Assembly: GCA_027347685.1 (NCBI GenBank)
Contig: DAIEQM010000044.1
Span: 1-61,104, forward strand
Reading direction: 5' to 3'
DNA from: Candidatus Woesebacteria bacterium
Lineage (GTDB): Bacteria; Patescibacteriota; Microgenomatia; UBA8517
DNA: 61,104 bases
The notes beneath the pieces are model-generated. The model searched no databases. It saw nothing but the letters and a program-made list of their open reading frames with translations, and was not told the DNA's origin. Below are positions 23,477 through 31,783 of the stretch, one piece after another; within the stretch, counting starts at the first letter, position 1; each line of letters starts with the position of its first letter. The translations under genes and the position numbers were made by a program.

Positions 23477-25299
23477 TAATATTCTTCACGATCAAATGAA
23501 TATTCAATTCTGACTTTGGAGAAGTTTTCGGTAGTATCCAATATTTTTTCGGGGATGTCTATCAAAAATCTCGATGGTGGATTACTTGTCCTTTGTCCAA
23601 AGTACAGCCTATGATCTGCATAGGTAAGATATAACACTTCCTTTGCACGAGTGAGGCCCACATACGCAAGCCGTCGCTCCTCCTCCAGTTGTGTGGTGTC
23701 CCAGAGTGCGCGTGAGTGGGGAAACAATCCTTCTTCCATGCCAATTAAAAATACAACAGGAAACTCCAGACCTTTTGCGGCATGGAGGGTCATCAAGGTG
23801 ACGCCATTTTTTGCATCACCATGAGAGTTTTCCTCAGCTTCCACGAGGGAAACGTTTTCTAGAAAGTCCGAAAGAACTGGGAATTCAGACGCGACTGAGC
23901 GCAATTCCTTTATGTTATCAAGCTTATTCATGTTCTCCTCTGATTCTCGTGCGTATTTGCTCGTGTAGTCAGTAACTTGCAAAATCTTGTCTAATATCTC
24001 GAGTGTCGTTATTTTTTCATTAGCGAGGAGTGTATCTTTTACCTCGTTGAATTTTTCGAGTCTACGCTTGCCTATTTTTTCGGCTCTCATTTCTGAAACG
24101 CGGTCGTCCGGATTTTGAAGGAGCCTTAAATAACAAAGTACATCTCTTATTTCAGCTCTATCGTAAAAACGTGTACCTCCAACAAGGGTGTAAGGAATAC
24201 CTTCATGCAAGAATGCCTCTTCCAACACACGTGACTGTGCGTTTGTGCGGTAGAGAACAGCAATATCGTGGTATTCATAGCCAGTTCTTGTTAGAAGTCG
24301 AACTTTTTGTGCAATAAATGAAGCTTCGAGTAATCCGGTTTCAGCTTTGTACAGTTTTATTCGCTCACCTGTTCCGTTTTCGGTCCAGAGCTCTAAAATA
24401 GGGTGGGAGGTGTTTTTAGAGATAACTGCATTCGCCGCTTCCAATATGTTTTCAGTTGATCGGTAATTTTGAGAAAGCTTTATAACTTTGAGATCGGGAT
24501 AATCATCTTTAATATAATTAATGTTTTTATAGTCGGCTCCACGCCAACTGTAAATTGACTGACTGGCGTCGCCAACGGCTGTGATAAAGCCATCACCCAC
24601 GAGGAGTTTCGTAAGGTTATATTGAACTTTGTTTGTGTCTTGCCACTCATCAACGAACACATATTTCAAGCGATTATTCCATTTTTCTAAAATCTCTTTT
24701 TTTTGTGATAAGAGCTTTACGCTTTTAATTAACAAATCATCAAAGTCCAGGGCTTGAGCTTTTTGCAAATATTTTTCGTATTCTTGGTATACCACAAATG
24801 CTTTTTCTTGAACTTCACCTCTCACAAACTCTCCAAATTCCAAAGGGCCGATCATTTGATTTTTGGCTTCATTGATCATCCCACCAATAGCTGCTGGATT
24901 ATATGATTCTTGAGAAATTTTCAAATTATCCATGATGTCTTTGATTGCATCTTTTTGGTCATTGGTGTCATAAATAACAAAGTTTGGATTAATGCCAATT
25001 TCAGCACCATCTATTCTCAGGAGTCTGACACAAAAGCTATGAAAAGTTCCGGCAAAATACGGAAGTGAACTGGTAAGAGCGGCGATGCGATCTTTCATTT
25101 CAGCAGCAGCTTTATTGGTGAAGGTTAACAGGAGTATGGCGTTCCCGGGAATATGTTTTTCGTTCATAAGCCATGCTGCTCGGTACGTGAGCACTCTCGT
25201 TTTTCCACTTCCGGCACCCGCCAATACTAGTAAATTGCCACCATCATAGGTAACTGCCGACAACTGTTCTTTGTTGAGAGAAGAGAGATCAAGACTCAT
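23476..25299 (-). CDS. pcrA: ATP-dependent DNA helicase PcrA/UvrD/Rep family
   Basis: AGAGSGKT, FVDEWQDTN, VGDASQSIYSWRGA, LHAAKGLEFPVVF and YVGLTRAKEVLYLT. Confidence 0.9.
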   Translation of the reverse strand: MSLDLSSLNKEQLSAVTYDGGNLLVLAGAGSGKTRVLTYRAAWLMNEKHIPGNAILLLTFTNKAAAEMKDRIAALTSSLPYFAGTFHSFCVRLLRIDGAEIGINPNFVIYDTNDQKDAIKDIMDNLKISQESYNPAAIGGMINEAKNQMIGPLEFGEFVRGEVQEKAFVVYQEYEKYLQKAQALDFDDLLIKSVKLLSQKKEILEKWNNRLKYVFVDEWQDTNKVQYNLTKLLVGDGFITAVGDASQSIYSWRGADYKNINYIKDDYPDLKVIKLSQNYRSTENILEAANAVISKNTSHPILELWTENGTGERIKLYKAETGLLEASFIAQKVRLLTRTGYEYHDIAVLYRTNAQSRVLEEAFLHEGIPYTLVGGTRFYDRAEIRDVLCYLRLLQNPDDRVSEMRAEKIGKRRLEKFNEVKDTLLANEKITTLEILDKILQVTDYTSKYARESEENMNKLDNIKELRSVASEFPVLSDFLENVSLVEAEENSHGDAKNGVTLMTLHAAKGLEFPVVFLIGMEEGLFPHSRALWDTTQLEEERRLAYVGLTRAKEVLYLTYADHRLYFGQRTSNPPSRFLIDIPEKILDTTENFSKVRIEYSFDREEY

Positions 25300-25314
25300 A
25301 TTGAAGAGAATACA

Positions 25315-25743
25315 CTACTCAGCTTTATTTATATACTTTCGAACCGTATCGACAACTTGTTCGGGAGTATACATCGCTTTCACCAAGTACTCTTTTAACC
25401 CGAGTTCTTGAGCCTTTTGCTTTTGAGGAAGTTCTGCAAGATTGGTAAGAGCCAGTACTGGAGGAAGTGTTGCCCCTTCATTTTTTAGTTTTTCAATGAG
25501 TGAGAGGCCATCGATTTTTGGAATATGAAGATCAAGGAGTACGCAGTCTGGTGTTTCTGATTTTAGGGTATTGTACGCAGTCTCACCATCTTTCGCTGAA
25601 ATTACTTCAAAACCTTCTATCGTGAATTTTTCGGTATACATACGAAGCAGCGTATCGTCATCTTCAATAATCATCACTCTCGGCTTGGTGGGAGCCATGT
25701 GATAATTGGTTGGTTCGGGAGCAACAGGAGAAACAGTATCCAT
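25315..25743 (-). CDS. Stand-alone response-regulator receiver domain (CheY-like)
   Basis: MIIEDDD...DCVLLDLHIPKIDG...ALTNLA...K. No output domain and no kinase in the window. TGcTACAAT lies 10 nt upstream of the ATG. Confidence 0.85.
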   Translation of the reverse strand: MDTVSPVAPEPTNYHMAPTKPRVMIIEDDDTLLRMYTEKFTIEGFEVISAKDGETAYNTLKSETPDCVLLDLHIPKIDGLSLIEKLKNEGATLPPVLALTNLAELPQKQKAQELGLKEYLVKAMYTPEQVVDTVRKYINKAE

Positions 25744-25764
25744 GTTGGAATTTATTGTAGCACA

Positions 25765-26967
25765 TTAGAATATTACCCATCCAAAAATATTTATCCAAAC
25801 TACTCCCCAGAGGTTTACGATTACTCCTAATAAGAGGAGAATCCAGTGAATTTTTTTTAGTCCCATCTTCTCTACCCCTAATGCGGTCAGTAAAATAAGA
25901 AACGGATAAAAATCAATTGCGAACCGATATCCAAATTGAGCAAAGCCGTTACTTCCATGTGCCAGTACAAACAGAAAGATCGGAAGTATCGCAGCCCACA
26001 GGTACTGAACGAGTTTCCTTTTGATCGGAGCAAAAAATGCAAATATAAATGCGGGGGTGGTAATCCAGATTGATAATCCATTCCAACTGGGTTCAATAAA
26101 CGGTTTTTCATTTAGTATTTTTGGGAAACTCCAAAATGCTGTTTGCAAGTTTCGAGGGATATATATGACGTTTTCAATTCCATTTGAAAACCATGGTTCG
26201 TCAAAAACCCCAGGAATCAAAAGATATCCTTTGTCCCAAATGACTCCAAATCTCATGAAGTTATACGCAAAGCCAATGAAACCCATGATAAGCAGTCCTA
26301 CCCCAAACGAAACATATCGTTGTTTTTTTCCAGAAAGTAAATACAAAAAAACCGGAATTGAGAAAATGGTGTGAACCCGCGATAAATAAGCGGCGCCGAG
26401 ACAGAGTCCAACCAAAAATGCTTTCTTACTGGTCGATAGGTATATGGCCAAAAACAGAAAGAAAACTGCAGTAAGTTGCCCTAAATACCAGCTCGAGCCT
26501 ACAGACGCTTCAAACCACATAATGGTACCCACTGCGGTGAGAATGGCAGTCCAAAGTGGTGTTTTAGAGTGTTCTTTTGAGAACTTTTGAGCAATACGAT
26601 ATGACAACACGACGCTACCTGCGGCAAGGGTGTGTGCAATAATTTGTTGAGGAAATGAAACTCCAAAAATAAGCACGAACGGAATTGCAACGATGGCAGG
26701 CATAGGGGAATAGGGAACGTACCATCGGTTTAATCCTGCAGGAATCAATTCTGATAGCCACGAAGGGCTTTCGGTTATGTATAATCTGCCGTGTATGAGC
26801 GCGTCTGCTAACCGTGTAAAATAGTCGTATGGGGTGTTACCACCACTCGTTATGAAAAAAATTAAAAAGCACACGAAAAAAATAACCACCGGAGAATTGA
26901 AGCGAAAACTGCTTATTTTGTTTTTAGGATCCTTTATCATTCGATTTTTTTTGGCTTTTAACGGCAC
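25765..26967 (-). CDS. GT-C-like polytopic membrane glycosyltransferase
   Basis: 400 aa with at least 10 TM helices. First loop is TPYDYFTRLADALIHGRLYI. Start is uncertain (GTG 26967, ATG 26940 or GTG 26889). Confidence 0.55.
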   Translation of the reverse strand: MPLKAKKNRMIKDPKNKISSFRFNSPVVIFFVCFLIFFITSGGNTPYDYFTRLADALIHGRLYITESPSWLSELIPAGLNRWYVPYSPMPAIVAIPFVLIFGVSFPQQIIAHTLAAGSVVLSYRIAQKFSKEHSKTPLWTAILTAVGTIMWFEASVGSSWYLGQLTAVFFLFLAIYLSTSKKAFLVGLCLGAAYLSRVHTIFSIPVFLYLLSGKKQRYVSFGVGLLIMGFIGFAYNFMRFGVIWDKGYLLIPGVFDEPWFSNGIENVIYIPRNLQTAFWSFPKILNEKPFIEPSWNGLSIWITTPAFIFAFFAPIKRKLVQYLWAAILPIFLFVLAHGSNGFAQFGYRFAIDFYPFLILLTALGVEKMGLKKIHWILLLLGVIVNLWGVVWINIFGWVIF

Positions 26968-29314
26968 CTTATCTCTCGATCAGAATACCTTTATTGCGTG
27001 GGGTCATCAAATTGCTGAGAGCGGCTTTAAAACATTTTACAATAGCTGGAGTGACTATTTACCAGGCTATTTATATATTTTGGGATTTCTCGCAAAAATT
27101 GAAACAATCATTCCACTTCCTCAAGTGCTCCTCTATAAGCTCCCTGCAATACTCTTTGATATAGCATCGGGATTTTTGGTGTACAAAATATTGCGTCCTC
27201 AGGGAACGCGAAAGGCGCTTTTCGGTGCTTCCCTTATTCTTTTGAACCCCGCTGTTCTTTCAAACTCAACACTGTGGGGGCAGGTTGATAGTATATCTTT
27301 TTTCTTTCCACTTCTGAGCATTTATTTACTTCCAGAGTCACCATTATTGTCTGGAATGGCGCTTGGTTTTGGTGCCTTGGTAAAACCTCAAGCCGTACTT
27401 GCTGCTCCAATCATTTTGTATCTTTTTTGGAAACGAAAAGAAAAATTCTCACACATGGCGATACTGGTCACAACTGCTGCACTCGTGTTTTTTGGAGGGT
27501 TTATTCCGTTTTTGAATCATGGAAATATCATTTCATTTGCACTGGAGCGACTTAATGTAACAATATCTCAGTATCCCTATGGATCGGTGAATGCGTTCAA
27601 TTTTTGGGGGTTGTGGGGTTTTTGGCAAGCAGAGTCGGCTGGTTTTTTGTCTGAGAAAAATGTTGGACTTTTATTGTTTGTCATAGCTTCAGTTGTTGCG
27701 TTTTTAAAGTTTCCCAAAGAAAAGAAGGAATACTGGCTCCTCTTTGTTTTTTACGCAGCGAACTTTTTGTTTTTCACCCGCATGCACGAACGGCATTTTC
27801 TTCCTGCAATTATGTCACTTGCAGTTTTGACTCCACTCTTCCCCGTGTTAAGTTTTTTCCTACTGATTATTTCAGCCATGTATCTATTCAATATGTATTA
27901 TGCATATGTCTGGATTACTGAAAATTTTAGAGAAGTGTTCTCACATGAATTAATCACCCTCTTTATTTTGTTGAACATCGTGAGTTTTGTGTGTATTTAT
28001 TTTTATGCTTTTTTTGAAAAACTGTTTCAGAATGTATTGACATTTTTAATGAGTAAAACAATTGTGAAAGATACGCTTTCGTTTGTTTCACTCTTTTATT
28101 CGCAAAAAGAAAAGAAACTTCCAGAAACGCTTTCACTGACAACAAAGCAAACTCTTCTGTCTGGTATTCTGTTGTTTGCACTGATCACCAGACTTGTCGG
28201 CTTAGGTGCGCCTGATCATGAATATTTTGATGAGGTGTATCATGCGTTCACCGCGAAAGTAATGCTTCATGATGATCCGAAGGCTTGGGAATGGTGGAAT
28301 CCCAACCCTGAAGGATTTGCGTATGAATGGACACACCCTCCTGTTGCAAAAGAAGTGATGGCCCTTTCTATGAGAGTATTGGGAGAGAATTCATTTGCAT
28401 ATCGCTTTCCAGCGGCCATGTTAGGAGTTGGTGCTGTTTTTCTTTTGTATAAAGTTGCGTCTCATTTGTTTAATGAAGAAGTTGGTCTTTTATCAAGTTT
28501 TGTCTTTAGTCTTGATGGACTTTTCTTAGTCATGAGTAGAATCGGAATGAACGACATGTATGTTGTGTTTTTGATTTTGCTTACCCTTTTACTTTTCTTG
28601 AAAAACAAGCATTTTCTTGGAGGATTGAGTCTCGGACTTGCTGCGGCTTCTAAGTGGACTACTCTTTGGTTTGTTCCAGTTCTCATTCTGGCATTTTTAC
28701 TCCTCAAAAAACGTTTTAAATTTTCGCTTCTTTGGTTTGTGATTTTGCCACCATTGGTATATGTCGCCACTTATATCCCCATGTTTGTTTCAGGCCATGG
28801 ATTTGATATTTTTTGGGGGATGCAGGAGCAAATGTGGTGGTATCACACAAGACTCGTGGCCACTCATCCGTATAGTTCTCGTTGGTGGACGTGGCCGTTA
28901 CTCCTCCGACCAATTTGGGTATATACGAGCGGGGAGACAAACGGATTTGTTTCTAATATTTATGGCATGGGGAATCCTCTGGTGTTTTGGGGAGGACTGG
29001 TGTCAGCGCTTATTAGTTTAAAATATATTTTTATTGAGAAAAGAAAACACTTGCTTTTGGTTTTAGGTGCATATCTTGGCCTTTTTATGCCCTGGGCCTT
29101 AAGCCCGCGCATTATGTTTTTTTACCATTACTTTCCTGCTGTCCCATTTCTCTCAATACTCATAGGGTTTGTGTTATACAAAAACAAAAAAGCAGTGCTT
29201 CCTTTTTTAGCACTCACACTCGTTCTATTTATATACTTCTATCCTCATTGGGCAGGACTTTCTGTGCCAGTGTGGCTCGACCACTCATATTATTGGCTCC
29301 CTGGGTGGAGGTAA
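26834..29314 (+). CDS. Fusion of two GT-C modules: N-terminal DUF2029/GT87-like plus C-terminal GT39 (PMT-type protein O-mannosyltransferase-like)
   Basis: The N-half has a TM helix followed by the DQNTFIAWGHQIAESGF...SDYLPGYLYILG loop. The C-half has DHEYFDEVYHAFTAKVML...WTHPPVAKEVMAL...GMNDMY, typical of phospholipid-carrier-dependent GT39 enzymes, with a C-terminal 4-TM extension. Start could be GTG 26834, ATG 26852 or TTG 26897. Confidence 0.7.
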   Translation: MLPPLVMKKIKKHTKKITTGELKRKLLILFLGSFIIRFFLAFNGTLSLDQNTFIAWGHQIAESGFKTFYNSWSDYLPGYLYILGFLAKIETIIPLPQVLLYKLPAILFDIASGFLVYKILRPQGTRKALFGASLILLNPAVLSNSTLWGQVDSISFFFPLLSIYLLPESPLLSGMALGFGALVKPQAVLAAPIILYLFWKRKEKFSHMAILVTTAALVFFGGFIPFLNHGNIISFALERLNVTISQYPYGSVNAFNFWGLWGFWQAESAGFLSEKNVGLLLFVIASVVAFLKFPKEKKEYWLLFVFYAANFLFFTRMHERHFLPAIMSLAVLTPLFPVLSFFLLIISAMYLFNMYYAYVWITENFREVFSHELITLFILLNIVSFVCIYFYAFFEKLFQNVLTFLMSKTIVKDTLSFVSLFYSQKEKKLPETLSLTTKQTLLSGILLFALITRLVGLGAPDHEYFDEVYHAFTAKVMLHDDPKAWEWWNPNPEGFAYEWTHPPVAKEVMALSMRVLGENSFAYRFPAAMLGVGAVFLLYKVASHLFNEEVGLLSSFVFSLDGLFLVMSRIGMNDMYVVFLILLTLLLFLKNKHFLGGLSLGLAAASKWTTLWFVPVLILAFLLLKKRFKFSLLWFVILPPLVYVATYIPMFVSGHGFDIFWGMQEQMWWYHTRLVATHPYSSRWWTWPLLLRPIWVYTSGETNGFVSNIYGMGNPLVFWGGLVSALISLKYIFIEKRKHLLLVLGAYLGLFMPWALSPRIMFFYHYFPAVPFLSILIGFVLYKNKKAVLPFLALTLVLFIYFYPHWAGLSVPVWLDHSYYWLPGWR

Positions 29315-29362
29315 CTGTTCTATATTGATATAATCTCGTGTGGTCATAAATGGAGGTGTATT

Positions 29363-29605
29363 GTGAGTGAGTTGTCGAAGATTTCATTTCGAATTAAGGA
29401 AGGTCTTGTTGTTGAAACTCTGTCTTTGCCAAATGACTATTTAAACAAAACGGGACAGGAAGCCCTTCGTTGGCCTAATGGTCAAGAGAAAGACCCAACT
29501 TACGTCTGGAATATATCCGAGATGTCGGCTCAACCAGATGGATCTATTATCTTTGTCTTTGTGAGGAATAAACGACTAAATCTCAGAATATTACTTGATC
29601 TGTAA
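29363..29605 (+). CDS. Hypothetical small protein
   Basis: SD GGAGG upstream of GTG 29363. Followed by a bidirectional hairpin. Confidence 0.35.
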   Translation: MSELSKISFRIKEGLVVETLSLPNDYLNKTGQEALRWPNGQEKDPTYVWNISEMSAQPDGSIIFVFVRNKRLNLRILLDL

Positions 29606-29615
29606 CAAATGAACT

Positions 29616-29644
29616 AAAGGCATCTTGTGGATAGAGATGCCTTT
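29616..29644. terminator. Bidirectional hairpin between convergent genes
   Basis: AAAGGCATCT-tgtggatag-AGATGCCTTT. Confidence 0.55.
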
Positions 29645-30993
29645 TATAGTGCAACGACTATTGCAATTATAGTAAGGAGTGCTCCTCCCAATATAAGTCC
29701 TATCGTTGGAAGCCCAACACCTGCACTCGGAAGGGTTACTGGTGTAGGCGAAGTATTAGTATTTGTTCCTCCTACGTTTCCTGTTGCAGTCGCTCTTGGA
29801 GTACCTGTGCCACCAGTTTGACAGGTTGCGCTTCCCGTATTGGTCGCAATACGACATCTCTTGTCTACACCAGTGATAAAGCAGGTGTATTGAGATCCGA
29901 TGGTTAAACATTCGGCGTTACTACTACAGACACTATTACATTCAAACGAATTATGTGGCGTGGGTGATGTGGTTTGTGGAATATTACATTCTTGTCTATC
30001 TGGGAAAGCAGACAGTCGGCAGGTAGAGGTCGGTGGATAGCAGGTATAACTGGAGTCGATTGCTTTGCAGGTTGCATCGGTTGAACACTGTTTGTTACAT
30101 GCCACTTGTGGTGTAGAAGTCGGAGTTGTTGTCGGTGTAGCGGTTGGAGTACTTGTTGCTCCAAGAGTAAAGTTCAAACTACACATGTTGGGAAGTGGAG
30201 TCGTTGTTGGTGTTCCGGTTGGACTGCTGGTTGGTGAACCGGTAGGAGTTGTAGATGGTGACGTGGTTGGACTTCCTGTCGGTGTTGCGCAGTTTTGTGG
30301 CTCAACGACGTACCCAATATCTCTTCCATTACAGGTAAAGTCGAGCTGCCATGTTAAACACACTGCCCCCAAACCTTTTGTTAATGTCTCGTTCGGTTGA
30401 AGGGTGACATCACCACTGGTATTATGACAACTCGACATTGCAGGCCTGCCAATATTCTCTTGTCGATTTTCACAGTCGAGCAGCCAGTGAACCGTTATTG
30501 GACTACTCGTCGTATTTCTGGTGGTAAAGCTTGGTGTCGAATTCCAATTTCCCGAATCAGGCCCCGTTTGAAGTCCTGCACAGGCCGGTTGGTTGTTGTA
30601 GGATCCACTCTGTTGGCAATCTAAGCTCCCCACAACCTTCCAGTCGAAATTTCCGCTAATCGGCACATCAACATGGCCGATGATAGTTTTGGGAGATCGT
30701 GGCCCAAATCCGGGAACATCAAATGTCCCTACTTTTGCGCCATCAATTAAAACATCCGCTTTTTGAGCAGGTTCAGTTCTATCTGATGCATTTTCGATAC
30801 TGACATCTCCAGTTTGACTCACTCCAAAAGAGTAGGTAGTACAATCCCATGCAAAGAGTTTTGATTGGGGAGCATTCGGGGCAACAGCCTGTCCTCTCAG
30901 TTGGTAGAGTCTTAGAGACGTAAATATCCCCACACCCGCTAGCACAAATGTAGTTCCTATAATGAGTGATGTAATAATGTTTTTCTTGCGCAT
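29644..30993 (-). CDS. Cys-rich surface protein with Thr/Pro linkers and a C-terminal LPSAG-plus-TM sorting-like signal
   Basis: N-terminal signal anchor and about 24 Cys. TP-rich linkers (TPTGSPTTSPSTTPTGSPTSSPTGTPTTTP; TSTPTATPTTTPTSTP). Two 6-Cys modules. C-terminus is LPSAG plus a 24-residue hydrophobic tail. Confidence 0.7.
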   Translation of the reverse strand: MRKKNIITSLIIGTTFVLAGVGIFTSLRLYQLRGQAVAPNAPQSKLFAWDCTTYSFGVSQTGDVSIENASDRTEPAQKADVLIDGAKVGTFDVPGFGPRSPKTIIGHVDVPISGNFDWKVVGSLDCQQSGSYNNQPACAGLQTGPDSGNWNSTPSFTTRNTTSSPITVHWLLDCENRQENIGRPAMSSCHNTSGDVTLQPNETLTKGLGAVCLTWQLDFTCNGRDIGYVVEPQNCATPTGSPTTSPSTTPTGSPTSSPTGTPTTTPLPNMCSLNFTLGATSTPTATPTTTPTSTPQVACNKQCSTDATCKAIDSSYTCYPPTSTCRLSAFPDRQECNIPQTTSPTPHNSFECNSVCSSNAECLTIGSQYTCFITGVDKRCRIATNTGSATCQTGGTGTPRATATGNVGGTNTNTSPTPVTLPSAGVGLPTIGLILGGALLTIIAIVVAL

Positions 30994-31000
30994 AAAATAA

Positions 31001-31777
31001 TTAATACCAAGTTCCGTCTGATCCCTTTAGCTGAGCTGTTATTTCAAAATCTTTCACTCCGGTTGGAATTGTGTAACTATCATAATAGTTATTGTTCGAA
31101 TCCTTTAATGTTGATGCAGGTAAAAGCGATCCGTTCACCGTAAACCGCACGGAGGTGTAGTTGGTGACAGCACCTGAGCCAACTGCTACGAGTCGTATTT
31201 TTGATCCAGCAGTGAGTGAGGAAAGTTGACTCGCGGTATAAGCTGTAGACCCATCCTCAGAATACGCTTTTATATTTTGACACTGATAACTGGTTCCCGT
31301 TATTTCAATCCTACCCGCGTTCGAACAATCTGAAGTGCCATTTATTTGCCAAGAAAATGTGGATGTGGGCACCGTTACTGTCCCCAGTGTTTGCGATCCG
31401 CCGGCAGGGAGCGCTGGTACGTCAAAGGTGTGTACTAATTGGTTATTCACAAACACGTCAGCTCTCTGAAGCGGTTCTGCCGAAGAAGAATTGTTCGTCA
31501 CAATAACACTGCCGTTTGCAGTTAGCGAAAAGGTATAGGCACCGCAATTCCAGGCATTCGATTTAAACAGTACCGGACGCGCGATAAGTATAAATCCGGA
31601 GAGCGTCGTGATCGTGAGAATAATAACAGCAATAATGGCAAAGAGCGCCTTTTTGTTTCGTCGTGGTGGAAGTGCGGAACTACCTGACATGGTACCCATT
31701 TCTGGTGTTAGACCACTGGTGACGGTTGATTGAGGCATTACCACATTGGGTGTGGATGGAATGGTGGGCGGGTTCAT
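31001..31777 (-). CDS. Secreted/membrane-anchored protein sharing the N-terminal domain of 29644..30993
   Basis: TM anchor (ALFAIIAVIILTITTLSGFILIA). AWNCGAYTF...EPLQRADVFV...HTFDVP...DCSNAG aligns with AWDCTTYSF...EPAQKADVLI...GTFDVP...DCQQSG of the downstream protein. Confidence 0.6.
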   Translation of the reverse strand: MNPPTIPSTPNVVMPQSTVTSGLTPEMGTMSGSSALPPRRNKKALFAIIAVIILTITTLSGFILIARPVLFKSNAWNCGAYTFSLTANGSVIVTNNSSSAEPLQRADVFVNNQLVHTFDVPALPAGGSQTLGTVTVPTSTFSWQINGTSDCSNAGRIEITGTSYQCQNIKAYSEDGSTAYTASQLSSLTAGSKIRLVAVGSGAVTNYTSVRFTVNGSLLPASTLKDSNNNYYDSYTIPTGVKDFEITAQLKGSDGTWY

Positions 31778-31783
31778 AAGTAG

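Noticed and set aside
30065-30400. Plus-strand Val/Gly-rich ORFs (30065..30400, 31917..32132 and 29627..29821).
   Set aside because: They are reverse-complement read-through of the Thr/Pro- and Ala/Pro-linker-coding repeats of the minus-strand surface-protein genes.
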